Shown one piece after another: positions 41,357 through 55,545 of a DNA stretch of 64,000 nucleotides; the first letter of the stretch is position 1; every line of letters starts with the position of its first letter. The notes beneath the pieces were generated by a model, which saw only the letters and a program-made list of their open reading frames with translations, was not told where the DNA came from and searched no databases. Both the position numbers and the translations under genes were made by a program. This DNA comes from Octopus vulgaris. Its lineage: Eukaryota. The DNA is taken from NCBI GenBank assembly GCA_951406725.2, contig OX597814.1, forward strand, positions 77,066,001 to 77,130,000. Reading direction: 5' to 3'.

Positions 41357-41358
<2 letters not shown>
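40595..41358 (-). mobile_element. Retrozyme-like non-coding element, ~558-nt unit plus ~205-nt terminal direct repeat, in (TA)n
   Basis: 40595-40800 is repeated at 41152-41358; hammerhead at the junction. Confidence 0.7.
40791..40843 (-). ncRNA. Type I hammerhead ribozyme motif with palindromic stem III
   Basis: tgag CTGATGA t-aga..gtc/gac..tct-t GAAA cgtacg TT ctca. Confidence 0.65.
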
Positions 41359-41405
<47 letters not shown>

Positions 41406-42117
41406 GTGTGTATATGTATGTATGTGTGTATATATATATATGTATATGTATATGTGTGGGTGTGTGTATGTGTATATATGTATGTATGTATAGGTGTATG
41501 TATATGTATGTATATATACGTATATATATGTGTATGTGTATGTTTGTGTATGTAGGTGTATATGTATATGTGTATATATATTTATTGGTGTATATGTATG
41601 GACTAGTCTTCTGTGGGTGTATTGAGGTATGTATGTGTAAGCGTGTAGACATGAATCTGTAGGTACGCGTACGTATGTGTATATATGTGAATGTATGTAG
41701 ATGTATGTATGTATGAATATAACGCGTGCGTGCGTGTATGTGTATGAGTGTACGAATGAGTGTGTGTGCGTGCGAATGAGTGTGCGTGCGTGAGTGAGTG
41801 CTTGTGTTCGAGTAGAAAGATAAATGGACTTGCTGTCGTCCCCAGGGGGACGATAGCCAAGATGCTTGTGACCGCGGTCAAAGATAACAAAAGTAATAAA
41901 TGAAAATAATAATAAAATTAAAATAAGGGAATGGGTTTGTATGTGTATGTATATGTGTGTATGTGTAGGTATGTATAGGTACACATATGTATATATGTAT
42001 ATATGTGTATATATGGACATGTGTGTGCATGTGTGTATGTATATATGTATGTGTATGTGTGTATGTGTATGTGTGTGTATGTATATGTATGTGTGGGCGT
42101 GTGTGTATATATACATG

Positions 42118-42118
<1 letters not shown>

Positions 42119-42148
<30 letters not shown>

Positions 42149-42477
42149 ATGTGTGTATGTATATGTGTGTGTGTGTATATATATATACATATGTGTATAT
42201 GTATAAGTGAGAGTCTACTTATTTACCTAAAACTCTATTCTTCTATTTATATTTTTTTTATTCTTTTATTTATTCTTTTATCTACTTTACCACTGACTCC
42301 TTGACCACTCCCCTAAGTATGATATTTTTGCGCTATGCCTACCCCCAAAAGTCCCCCACCACCACCCCTTTAAACCTGCCTAAATGTATAAATGCCAAAA
42401 CAATTCTTGTTAACTAGCTTCCTGATGATTTCTCTTGAATGAAACAGTTCTAGTCCTGTAGAAGCTCCTTCTATATA

Positions 42478-42483
<6 letters not shown>
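42119..42483 (+). repeat. Right arm of the inverted repeat
   Basis: Reverse complement of 37262-37622. Confidence 0.9.
42416..42466 (+). ncRNA. Type I hammerhead ribozyme motif; predicted cleavage after GUA at 42460
   Basis: 6-bp stem I, intact CUGAUGA and GAAA core, stem III cag/ctg. Confidence 0.75.
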
Positions 42484-42526
<43 letters not shown>

Positions 42527-42675
42527 TTTCGTAGACAGAAAATTAAAGAAATCAATCGTATATATATATATGAAGAAACTAATAGAATAAGTCCAGGCTT
42601 ATCAATATAAAAGAAGCACTACGCTGTGTCTCATATTTTTGTTTACCCACTCAGTTGTATCTATCAATTTATCTT

Positions 42676-42827
<152 letters not shown>

Positions 42828-42850
42828 GGATGTATATGTGTACATTCATA

Positions 42851-44522
42851 TCTATTATATCAAAGACAATGTTTTTATGCGTTTGTGTGTTACTTATACA
42901 TTCGAAAACTGCTGCACCGATCTTAATGAAATTTGGAACACAACATCGACGCCTAGGGAGAAGGGTAATGCTATGTGTTTCATAGAATTTTATGGACCAA
43001 AATTACTGAATGGATCCTTATGATATTTGAAACTTAGATTCAATGCATAAGGGCGGGTATAATGCAATATGTTTCGTTTGAATTTCAGATGGCTTAAAGG
43101 GGGCAGAACCCCCATGAAAATTCATAAATTTTCGATGTTGATGAAATTTCAACCATGGGTAATTGACACACATCAAGAAGTATTCTCAAAGTTTCCACTT
43201 CACATGAGGATTTTAAGACACCCTAATGGGGGTCTTAACTCCCAAATTTTAGTCATTTCTTTCAACATCCAAAACTAAGTAAAAAGTACTGAATGGATCT
43301 TTATGAAATTTGGAAATTATATTCTATGCATGACGGCCACAACCACCATGACAATTCATATATTTTTGTTGTGATGTAATTTTAACCATAGATATTAGAT
43401 ACAAATGAAGTAATATTTATAAAATTTCATCTTCTTACAAGTTAGAAAGGCCCCTTCATGGGGACTTAACACCCACAATTTAGTCATTTTATCTAAGCAA
43501 AGACAAATAGTTGTATTCTTTGAAGCTGTGGGGTCATCCGAGCATAGAAGATGAGCATTATTTGTAATTCAATGGTACAACAGTGTAAGAGTTTGCTTTG
43601 ACATACACTTACATTGTGATTTCTGCAATGTGCTACATAAATTGTCAAGTAAATGAGAGGCATCTTTGCTTCCACTGATTCAGTTGCAAAGTTTTGAGTA
43701 AAGTTATTTGATTGCAGATCTCCTTTCAGTCTTTTTATTACCTCTGGATCACACATAGTCCCCACATGGTAACATTGATTTCAAGGCCTTCCCAGATGAG
43801 TAACTAGTTATTCAAAGACATTTATAGATCTAATATTTATTCTGTCCAGTTACGTATCAGTATAGTGGTCATTTGCAAACTCCAACTTTCATTTCTCCTT
43901 AGCCCTCACGTCACACAGTTGTTAATATTTATTTCAGTTGGGTCATGCCCTTCCAAATGCTATAAATTCGTAATGCATCTTACGGCTGTGCCTGTCACCA
44001 GCATGGAGGAATACTACATTGGGAGTGGTAACGACAAGGGTAGGGTAGCTGACTGCTTATTGTGATCATTCGTCTTTTGGTTTCCTGTAGCTTTGCTCTC
44101 TTTTACAAACCCAGTGAACATATATTTCCTATTTCAAAGAAATTCAAACAATAGATATGAGACTCAAGTTAAAAAGATTCTCAACAATTCAAATTCTCTG
44201 GTTGACATTAAGATGCCCACCCCTAATAGGGGCGTTAACTCTCACATTTTAGAGCTCCAATACATCCATTTTTCAGGAGCAAAATCCATTTAACAGGTTC
44301 TATAAGACTGGAATTTTGGAATATGTGCATAAAAATCAGTAGTATGGGATACATGTGGCACGATTACAATTTTGTTTGGGTGTGTAAAGAGGGAAATAAC
44401 CCTCATCTGCAATTTTGATGAAATTCGAAACAAAGGTATTCCAGTTCATCACAGAAAATATAACAGAAAAGTCTAATTCTTCAAGTGTTTGTAACTCGGG
44501 CAACGCCGGGTAACTCTGCTAG
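42851..44522 (+). mobile_element. Non-autonomous Helitron (duplicate of 270-1942)
   Basis: Same termini. Confidence 0.75.
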
Positions 44523-44879
44523 TTATACCTAAAATCTCCAAGAAGTTAAGGGGATAGAAAAAGAACTTGCAGACATACTCCAGTATAGAAGTTACTAAAT
44601 TTTCAAGAAGATATACATTGTTTCAGACCCTGACTGTCACTGATTTTTTTGTTTTTATGGGGTCAGTTTTAATGCTCTGCATTTAAAATGATATAAGGTT
44701 TGCATTATTCAATTAAATGGAGTTGCATGAAAGGATCGGACTGCATTACCTCTGGATATCCTTGACGCTTATTTTGATTTTAATCACCTTACTTTGAAAT
44801 TGTATGGATAATACCGTACTAAATTCTTGTGCCTCAACTTAAGTACCATATTCATCTGAATCTAAATTTTTGCTATATA

Positions 44880-44956
<77 letters not shown>

Positions 44957-45144
44957 GGTGTTTGTAAGCCATTTAAGAAACACACAAAAGCCGGTCGATT
45001 CACTTCAACATTTAAGTTTAATTTTTCAAAATATTTTCGTCGCTTTAAGACCGCGAACTGTTCACCATTCAGCTAGAGCCACAGTTGCCTCAACCTCTGC
45101 GCATGTCTGCGCATCTACAGCCAAGGCATCCCTAGCCCACTCTT

Positions 45145-46063
45145 AAACGGTTGTTGGTAGAAAGTAGAGCGTTTCACAAGCGGTTTCGAGCCCTTCCAGA
45201 AAAAGGAGAAGAGCTGTCTTCCAGCTTGTTCAACCACGAATCAGGACAAAGGACGAGGATTAGGTAGTAGGTGATGACCGATGCGATGAACACATTGGCT
45301 ACCTCCGCCCTCCCTTTCAAGGATAGCCACCGCCAAGACCAAGCCTTGACTATGTGGGTCACCCTGCTCGATACCTCAGTCCAGTTCTTCTTATTTGGAG
45401 GTCTGGTCCAAACCAACTCCTAGCAACTTAATCGGACCCTTCACCAACGTCCCATGACGCTTTCAGGGGGCATCGATTTGCCTCTCCGAGTGCCGAGCAG
45501 CAAGCCGACTGACTTTTCACGATTAACTTTTGCTCCTGCCACCGTCTCGTAAACCTTAATGACATTGCCTACCCTCTGTAGGTGAACCATTTCGGTTACC
45601 ATGATGGTGATGTCATCCGCATAAGCTTAAACCGACTTTCCACAACATGGCTGTCTCGGGATTCCGCTCAATTTACGCTGTAATGGCTCAAGAGCCATCA
45701 CGTACAAAAGCGGGGAGAGCGGACACCCTTGACGAACTGAGCTTTTGATGTTGAACGACCTTGATAAGAAGCCGTTCACCCGAACTACCGAGTCGCTGTT
45801 GTCAGAAATCTGAATGAACCACATGAGGAAGCCAAGACCCAGGCCGAACTGTGCCAGAGTGGACACCAGATAGTGATGGTTACCCTATCAAATGCCGTAG
45901 ATCGTCTAAATGGACCAGTGCCCCACTCTTGCCAGAATCACTATTAAATCCCGCTAAAGTGTACCGTATAAGATGGAGATTATTTCTCTAGCCAACGTGA
46001 GAGCTAGAGCATTGTTGAAGGGTTCACATAATGTGTGACGAAAGAACTTTGACAACGCAACTA
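45145..46063 (-). pseudogene. Tx1/L1 RT fragment (duplicate)
   Basis: As 2577-3497. Confidence 0.85.
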
Positions 46064-46264
46064 TAATATAAAAATAAAGCTGAAGTGAAAACCAACTGCA
46101 AAATCCGTGAGTTTAAATGGCAAAATATAGCCATTTAAAAGTATCACAATATCTGTTTCAAAACATGGTTACACGTGAAGAATCTTGCAAAACAAATACA
46201 TAAAAGAAAATGCAATTTTTGCGCAAATAGCACGTGCAAATACAACCACCTAGGATGACAAAAC

Positions 46265-48560
46265 TCACAAACCATGCCCTGGCGGGGTCTCATCTGCTAT
46301 CAAACAAACACAACAAAATATAAATTTGTCGATGGGCGATTTAAAAAATGCAAAATGCATGTTTTGAAGAAATGGAAAAAGAGTACAGGAGACACTGAGA
46401 AAAGCAATAGCATATAAAACTAAATGAGTTGAAAGATGTAGATTAGAACGAGAGACACAAGAGGGAAGGGATATGGTACTGTAGGTGTAAGATATCCCAC
46501 AGAGGAAGAGGAGGAAACGAAACACTCCTCTTTGACGGTGTTCATATATCTGGGTTGCAGAATGGCGAAAATAATAATGGAAAACATTTGACTAGAAATA
46601 GACATCTGCTGGTTGGTGGCATGAACAAAATAAATATCCTACAGGCGCGAAAACTGCATAAACAAACCTTTTTGCGAGCAGTACTTGGATTTATCAATGC
46701 GAATGGATAGAACAAATTTACCAGATTGCTTCAAACTTCCATGTGACTGTGGAGGGATGAAATCCGATGTTTCACCTGTGTGGAGACACAAATCATCTCA
46801 AGGCCTTTTCCCCGCAACAAAAGAGAAAATAGAGAGTCCCGCCTTTGCCGACACCACCACCACAACAACACGCAGCAACAGCACCAGCAAATACTGCTGA
46901 CCACTTCAGCTGCAAAATCAACATTAACATTAGCTTTACCAGTAATCATAGCAGCACCGACCTCATTAACCGTAACAACAACATGAACAAGAGCAGTGAA
47001 GGCAACAGCAGCGAACAGAACAGGGAACTCACGAACATCTATGGCTTTCACATTTCAGACAGCAGGGAAAACAACAGCATCAGAATTCCCCAAAATAAGA
47101 AATTTATTATCAACAGAACAACAGCAAAAGTCTCGCAAAGAGATGTCCCACTCATGTTCGTAACAGTCAGACACGTCCTGCAGCCATGGAAACGACGAAG
47201 AGCCTAAATGTCAAAAAGTTGGCAGATCTGATAAAATAAAAAGGAAATAAAATATAGCCATACCAACACAAAACCTGGCAGGTATGATGAGAGCTGGAAA
47301 ATAACTTTGTGAATAAATACACACATACCCCCCCCACCGCCCAAAACAGCAGCGTCACCAGTAATGTCAGCATCATTCCCATCGCTACCATCACCACCAC
47401 TATTATAAAAAACACAACCCCCACGAGCACAACATAATTCACACACACAACTCTCAGATCGCACATTCCAACACCAGCAAATGTCAAACATCATTAACTA
47501 CACAGCAATAAGCAAGAACAATAAAGACCTGAAGGAACGCATATATAACCATACAGATAACGCAGCCCAGATTTATCACATCAACAAACAACGTACCTAC
47601 GCACATAACAGTTATCCTTAGGATAGTCCGTATAAATGCACGTGATTTGGGGTCGCCTATGGAACATAGTCATCTATTCAGCAACCTCAGATCATGAAGT
47701 GTAGATGTAGTGGCTCTCAGAGAAGCTAGACTCTACAATCGTTCATGCCGATTTTCGGTGATTTCGCACAGACAGGAGTAGGACAACAAGCCTTTTTCAT
47801 GCGTCTGGAGGTTTTCCTAGGAATTCCTGTTTTAGTGGGGGATTTAAACGCCGTCGTAGAACCACAGTTTGACTGTATGGGGGATAACGGATAGTAAAGT
47901 GGGGGGTAAAAGCCTCACAAACCTGCTGAGCAATGGGGTCGAGGAAATCAACCTATCAAATTCCTCTAACTTACTGGCCTTGTGCGAAAATTTGAAAGCA
48001 TTATTATTGTTATATTAGCTGCTGTCGCGTGTAGGACGGATCCGGCTATCAGCTGAATCGATAGTGAAGATTGCCCGCCAACTCCCTTTAACCGGGCGGG
48101 GCAGCCAATTTTTTATTTACCTGGTGGTTTTAGAGAAAGAGGTAGTGTGGTGGAAACGTTTGAAAGGGCTAAAGACATGCACTTTCGTCATTGGCCAAAC
48201 CCTCATCAACTTCAAGTCTCACTTGAGAAGGAAAGTGAGGGTGAAGAGGGAAATGTCTTCTATTAAATTTGTTGAAATGTAGGTGGATGTGAGATAAATG
48301 GCCAGTGTGAATGGACCAATTCTGAGAATACACCTGTAAAAAGAATAAAAGGAGAAGGGCTCTTGCCCAGTTGATCAGGCACCCGTGGCTTTTGTTGCTT
48401 TTTCCGCGAGTAACCATTAAAGAGCCTACCACTATTGGGAGTTTTACTTGTTACTTCTGGATTGTTATTTAATATTTACATGAATGTGAAAACCCTTTGT
48501 AACGTCTTCTGTTGTCTTTTATGTATGATTTATATTAGCCCTTGTAGCCCATAAAAGAAT
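46265..48560 (+). pseudogene. Degenerate Tx1/L1 element (duplicate)
   Basis: As 3700-5975; retains the APE motif GDLNA near 47840. Confidence 0.65.
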
Positions 48561-48562
48561 AA

Positions 48563-48630
<68 letters not shown>

Positions 48631-48677
48631 CATTATTTTTATTATTATTATTATTATAATCATTATTATTATTATTA

Positions 48678-48738
<61 letters not shown>

Positions 48739-48777
48739 GTTATTATTATTATTATTTTATTATTATTATTTTTATTG

Positions 48778-48983
48778 AATGAGAGAGCAGTGCATGCCAT
48801 TAAAGTGACACTGGGGTAAAATATACGAAGCCCAGTATACCCATCATGACTACCCGTCTGATAAGGGTACACTAGGCACATGCATCACAGCCATATGTGC
48901 GCGACATGGTGATCTCATATCAAGATAAACAGCGCATGACCTTGTAGGTGGGGCCCAGTTAGAATTTTCTTCTGGTCGAGTAA
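48778..48983 (-). mobile_element. 3' fragment of the TAA-tailed element
   Basis: As 6222-6428. Confidence 0.75.
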
Positions 48984-49002
48984 TTATTTATTATTATTAT
49001 TA

Positions 49003-49076
<74 letters not shown>

Positions 49077-49098
49077 ACCACTATTATTATTATTGTTC

Positions 49099-49207
<109 letters not shown>

Positions 49208-49214
49208 TATCATT

Positions 49215-49429
49215 ACTCTTTACTCTTTTACTCTTTTACTTGTTTCAGTCATTTGACTGCGGCCATGCTGGAGCACTACCTTTAGTCTAGCAAATCGACC
49301 CGGGACTTATTCTTTGTAAGCGCAGTACTTATTCTATCGGCCTGTTTTGCCGAACCGCTAAGTGTCGAGGACTTAAACACACCAGCATCGGTTGTCAAGC
49401 GATGGTGGGGGGGACAAACACAGACACAC

Positions 49430-49499
<70 letters not shown>

Positions 49500-49661
49500 G
49501 ACAGGCTTCTTTCAGTTTCGTCTACCAAATCCACTCAAAAGGCATTGGTCAGCCTGAGGCTATAGCAAAAGACACTTGCCCAAGATGCCACGCAGTGGGA
49601 CTGAACCCGGAACCGTGTGGTTGGTAAGCAAGCTACTTACCACACAGCCACTCCTGCGCCT
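49215..49661 (-). mobile_element. tRNA-derived SINE (duplicate of 7040-7499)
   Basis: Same sequence and flanks. Confidence 0.85.
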
Positions 49662-49702
49662 ATGACGCCTATCATTATTATTATTATTATTATTATTATT
49701 GA

Positions 49703-49748
<46 letters not shown>

Positions 49749-49759
49749 GTTATTATTAC

Positions 49760-49804
<45 letters not shown>

Positions 49805-49944
49805 TATTATTATTATTATGATTATTATTATTATTAAAATTATCATTATTATTATTATTATTATTATTATCATTGTTGACATTATTATTATTATTAATAT
49901 TATTATTATTATTATTATTATTAACATTATTATTATTATAATTT

Positions 49945-50015
<71 letters not shown>

Positions 50016-50105
50016 ATTATTATTATTATTATTTCCATTATTATTATTATTATGATTATTATTAATATTATTATTATTAAAATTATCATTATTATTATTA
50101 TTATT

Positions 50106-53100
50106 ACTTTATGTTTGACTTTTGCTTTATGTCTGTACAAGTTGGCTCCAAGTCTCACCCAGAGACCTCAAGAGACAACAGGTTGGAAGTTCTGTGCCAT
50201 ATATTTGGGGTTTTTTTTGGTGTTGTACTAGTGAATGTCTAATACATAAAAAAAAAATAAAAAATAATAAAATAAAATTTAAAATAATAAAATAAAAGTA
50301 AAAAAAAAAATAATAATAATAATAAATAAGTAAAAAATAAAAATTAAAAAGTTTGTTTTAAACCTTGGGATTACATAGAGAGTATTTTGCGTAGGATATG
50401 AGCAGTTCCCATGAGCACTATCTTTTGAATTTCTGCCATTCTGGGGTTTCCTGGTATCTGAGTTAGGCAGCAATCAGTCCCTTTTGCTATCATTCCCAGG
50501 GCACCTATGACAACATGTATTGTTTTAGTATTCAGCTTCCACATTTTGCTGATTTCTATTTCAAGATCTTTATATTTGCTCAGTATTTGGTAGGTCTTGA
50601 CAGATACGTTTATATCGATTGGGACAGTCATATCAATGAGGAGGCATGTTCTTTGTCTGATGTCTTTCAATATGATGTCTGGCCTATTTGCATCTATCTT
50701 CCTGTCAGTTTGAATGGTGAAGTTCCAGAGGAGTGAGATGTGGTCATTTTCAAGCACTGGAGGTGGATTGTGTTCCCACCAGTTTTTTTCATGGGGCAAA
50801 TACAGGTTTTTGCAAATTACCCAGTGAATATATTGTGCAGCTCTATTATGCCTATTGAGGTACTCTGTAGGCTCTAGAAGACTGCATTTGGAGACAACAT
50901 GGTCAATTGTTTCATTTTGTTGTCGGCATACACGACATGTTTGGCTACTGCCGTTCTTTAATATGTTGGCCTGGTAGTTTCTTGTTGGTAGGCATTGATC
51001 TTGAGCTGCTATGATAAACCCCTCTGTTTCAGATTTTAAGCCAGAGGCCATTAGCCATTGGTGGCTCAGGGCTTTGTTGATATCTGCATTATTCGCTCTC
51101 TTTGGGTATTTGCCATAGAGAGGTTTTTCTTGCCATTTATTATTCAGAATATCTAAGGCCGCAGTTTTGGCACGGGTTTTCATGCGCCTAGCTTTTTCTG
51201 TGCTTGTTTCTTGTATATCTATCTCTAATTCCGAAATTGGTTGTATTCGGAATTCACTTACATATTCCTTTGCCTGTTTTGTGAATGAGTATGATGCTTT
51301 CTTGTTTTCATGTTTTGAGACAAGTTTTAACATCCAGTCCTCAGAGTTTTTCAGGTAGGTGTCTAGGCCAATTGTAGCAATCTTCATTGTTATTGCCAGT
51401 TGCAAAAGACCACGGCCTCCCTCTTTTCTTGGCAGATAGAGTCGTTCTGTATCTGCCGTAGGGTGGTGCATTCTATGCATTGTCAACAGTTTCCTTATTT
51501 TTCTGTCGAGCTGACATATTTCAGTAATTGACCAGTTAACAATATTGAAACTGTAAGTCACGACTGGTATGGCTAATGCATTGATCGCTTCGATCCTGTT
51601 TCTTGCATTCAGCTCTGTCTTGAGTATTGCTCTCACTCTTCGATAGCATTCTCTCCTGATCCTTTCCTTCATCTCTGAATGCCTTATTCCGTTCCCTTCA
51701 ATTACCCCTAGGTACTTGTGGATCTCCGTTGGGTCTAGTTCTTTTATGACATTCTGCTGGTCAAGGTTAACGTTAGATGTTTCTGTCATTTTTCCTTTGA
51801 TAACTCTTTTACTCTTTTACATGTTTCAGCCATTTGACTTCGGCCATGCTGGAGCACCGCCTTTAGTCGAGGAAATAGACCCCGGGACTTATTCTTTGTA
51901 AGCCCAATACTTATTCTATCGGTCTCTTTTGCCGAACTGCTAAGTGACGGGGACGTAGACACACCAGCATCGGTTGTCAAGCAATGCTAGGGAGACAAAC
52001 ACAGACACTGAAACACACACACACATACATATATATATACATATATACGACAGGCTTCTTTCAGTTTCCGACTAGCAAATCCACTCACAAGGCATTGGTC
52101 GGCCCGGGGCTATAGCAGAAGACACTCGCCCAAGATGCCACGCAGTGGGACTGAACCCGGAACCATGTGGTTTGTTAGCAAGCTACTTACCACAAGGTAG
52201 CTTTTGCACATTTATCGAGGCCGAATTGCATTCTGATGTCGTCACTGAATTGTTTGACTATCGCTAGTAAGCCCTTGAGTTGTTGGTCATTTTTTGCAAA
52301 AAGCTTTAAATCATCCATGTAAATGAGATGATTTATATTTTTATCAAATATTTTATACCCGTACTGCGCGTCATTGAGCAGCTTTGAGAGAGGTATTAAG
52401 GATAAACAAAAGAGGAGTGGTTACAGTGAGTCACCCTGGAAAATGCCACACGAAAGTTTTACATCACCAGCATTTAGGGATTCATTGTCACTGTTCAGAG
52501 TTAGTGTAGTTCTCCATGATCTCATACTTACAGTCAAGAAGTTTCGCAGAGTAGGTGCTATCTTATACATTCCCAGGCATTTCCTAATCCAGCTATGTGG
52601 TAGGCTATCAACATCCTTTTTATAGTCTATCCAGGCTATTGATAAGTTTTTGTGTCGTTTGTGACAATCTTCTAAGATCATCTTATTGATGAGTAGTTGA
52701 TCTTTACAGCCGTAGGATCCACGTTTACATCTTTTCTGTTCATTAGGGAATATGCTGCTGTCTGTTAAAAAACTATAGGTATATTCCGTCAGGACAGATG
52801 TTAGCGTTTTGTACATAGTTGTTAAGCAGGTTATGGGTCTATAGTTTTTTGGTTCATTTGTTTCTTCACTTTTTGGAAGCAGGAATGTTAACCCATTAAC
52901 TAGCCAAGGAGGCATCCTACTAGGGTGTTGCAAAACATCATTGTACAGTTCTGTTAGCAGTTCATGGCTCTCTGGGAAGGCATTCAGCCAGAAGTTAGGA
53001 ATTTTATCCTTTCCTGGAGACTTCCATTTGCTTGACCTCCTGAGAGCAGATCTTATATCTTCTACCTTGACACCCTCCCACTTTTGCTCTTCTAAGGGGT

Positions 53101-55467
53101 CCAGTTCTGTAGATATTCTGTCAATCCAGGGGGCCTTTTCGTTGTGTGTTTTTTCTTCTGCCCAGATTTTATTCCAAAATCCCTGCACTTCTTCTTTTGA
53201 TGGTACAGACCTTGCAGTAAACGCTGTTTTTCCTATCTTCCTGTAAAAATTCTTGGTGTTATTTTTGAACATGTTGTTGTCCTTGAAAAATCTAACACGC
53301 TTTTCATACCTCGCTATGCGGGCAGCTTTGGCAGATACCTTTTGTTTGATGGTTTCTATGGTGGCATCAATATCAAGTATAGTTTTCATATTGTATTTTT
53401 TCAGTAATTTTGGGGGTTTTGTAGGTTTGGTAGTCTTGTGAGCCTTAAGGTTTTTCAAATATTCAATGTCAGATCTAAATATTTTAATTTGTTGTTGCAG
53501 ACGCTCTTGCCAAGAAGGCTTTTTGTGGGAATGTTGCCGTTTTTTAATCTTTACACCACATAGGATCGTTGAGAATTTCGCGGATGCATAGTATAGGTGG
53601 TTGAGGTTTGTGATATCAACATCATTAGCTGAAATTATATCCTTAAGTGCAAGCCGGATTTTACCAATTATTTTCATGTTTTGGTTAGAGTTGCGGATTT
53701 TAGGAAGTGTATCCCGTTCATCCATGCTGGTTTCTTTAATTTTCAGCCATTCAATCATGATTTGATTTTTTAGCTCATGTAGTTCTGTTGGGTCAATATT
53801 TGTGTGACTTTCTTTATTTGATGCTCATCTGTCTTAGTGTTTATGATTGGTTCAGGGAGTATTTCACTTTGCCTATCACTTATACTAACTCTTTCAATCA
53901 TCACTTCATTTTTATCAGCCCTGGGCTGGTCTATAATTATTTCCTCTGTATTATCTTCTCTAGCTGCAGCTTCGTTCATTTTATCCGATATTGCTTGTCT
54001 AACTTGATCAATCTCTACTTCAGTCAGTAATTTTTTTTATAATGTTTCTTCTGACGTTGGCAAGTTTGTTACTGTCTATGTAGGGTCTTACTTCAGGGTG
54101 TTTCTGTCTCCAGTTTAAGTATGCTTGTACAGTGTTAGATTTATCTGTGGGGAAATATATGGCATGGTAGAAGGCCTCAAGAACTTCTTTATTATCTTCC
54201 CTAGACTATTTCTCCTTCTTTTTCTTTTGATTATTTGGTGGTGAGCATGGATGGCCATCTGTTGGAATATTCCGGTTGTGGGGTACGTCCAGCTTCTGTG
54301 TGTTGGAAAGATTTGATCCAGAAGCTGATTTTTCAATCAGAATTTGGTTCAATTTTCGGGTACGTGGTCTTTTGTAATCCGCGCAACGACCAATGCGGTT
54401 TATTGTTTGATTTGTTGACCTTGAAGCATGACGAGTTTCCATTCTTATATTAGGAGATGGATCTGTCAGTTTAGGGTTCTCTACATGTAAGCATTGCTCA
54501 TAGCGCAGCTTCTTAAGACTAGCAGATCTATATTCGTCTGTATTTTTTTTGTTGATAGTTTTATCTACGAATATTTTTTTTTCCTCCTCTTCCTTTCTTC
54601 AAGGCTCACTCTGCCTGTATTAGCTCGAAATAATGAGAATAAAATACGGAGATGGAAAAGAAAAAAAAGGGAAAAAGACGGGATCTGTCAGTTATTATTG
54701 GTATTACTATCACCTTCACCACCATCACCATCATCAGCAACATCACTATCACCATCATCATCATCAATGACATTGTTTTATGTGTAGCCACAGCCACCAT
54801 CAACACTCCATTGTGTGGGAGAATGGTTGGTTGAAGAATTCATGTTCTTTGGGTCTATAAATAGATTCGGCAGATGGTGGAGACAAAGGCCGTTAATGGT
54901 CAGTAAAAGGTCAAACCTGTTTACATTTATTTATTTATTTATTTTTTCCTTTCTCTTTCCTTTCTCTCCACATACATATGTATATGTATATGTATACTCA
55001 CTCACATATTATCTGATGTTTACGTCGATGATTTTTTTAAAAAAATCTTTCTGAGTTCAATGTTATGTATATATTTTTTAAATTTCTGAATTCAGTTGTA
55101 TGTATATATTAGTAGGTGCTTAATTCCATAACTTTTTATCGTGCATTTAATTGTGTTGTTACAATAAAAGGTAATTTAAAAGGCAATTTTACACATTCTT
55201 ATAGTCATGAGAGATGACTAAATGTAAATGTTCACACAGAATTGGAGATATTTATGTTTCTAATTTTTCTTGTTAGGTGTACGTTTGTATGAGCTGTAGA
55301 TATGTAAGTTTTTTTAAGCTTATTTTGAGGGAAATTCAAATTACTCACAGAAAACAGTAGATCTTCCAGTTTTCTACAGTTGTTTTTTTCAGTTGTCCTG
55401 CTGGCTTCGCTGTTGCCAGTTCAGAGCATCGTAAAAATACGTCCATCCTCTGTCACGTCCAGCCGCC

Positions 55468-55468
<1 letters not shown>
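50106..55468 (-). mobile_element. R4/Dong-clade LINE family 1, apparently full length, disrupted (copy E)
   Basis: ~1-kb 5' UTR; ORF pieces 54442-53770, 53758-52421, 51789-50371; RT, CCHC and RLE domains; (TAA)n at both ends. Confidence 0.9.
51803..52193 (-). mobile_element. SINE inserted into the Dong RT, slightly 5'-truncated
   Basis: Splits gataa/aggtag, which is contiguous in copies A and C. Confidence 0.9.

Positions 55469-55544
<76 letters not shown>

Positions 55545-55545
<1 letters not shown>

Larger units (their letters stand above)
37623..42118. repeat. Complex (TA/CA/TG) low-complexity region with embedded retroelement termini
   Basis: Direct reading; source of many spurious ORFs. 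Confidence 0.85.

Noticed and set aside
37555-42304. Dozens of long [12 protein letters not shown] ORFs
   Set aside because: Stop-free translations of dinucleotide microsatellites on both strands
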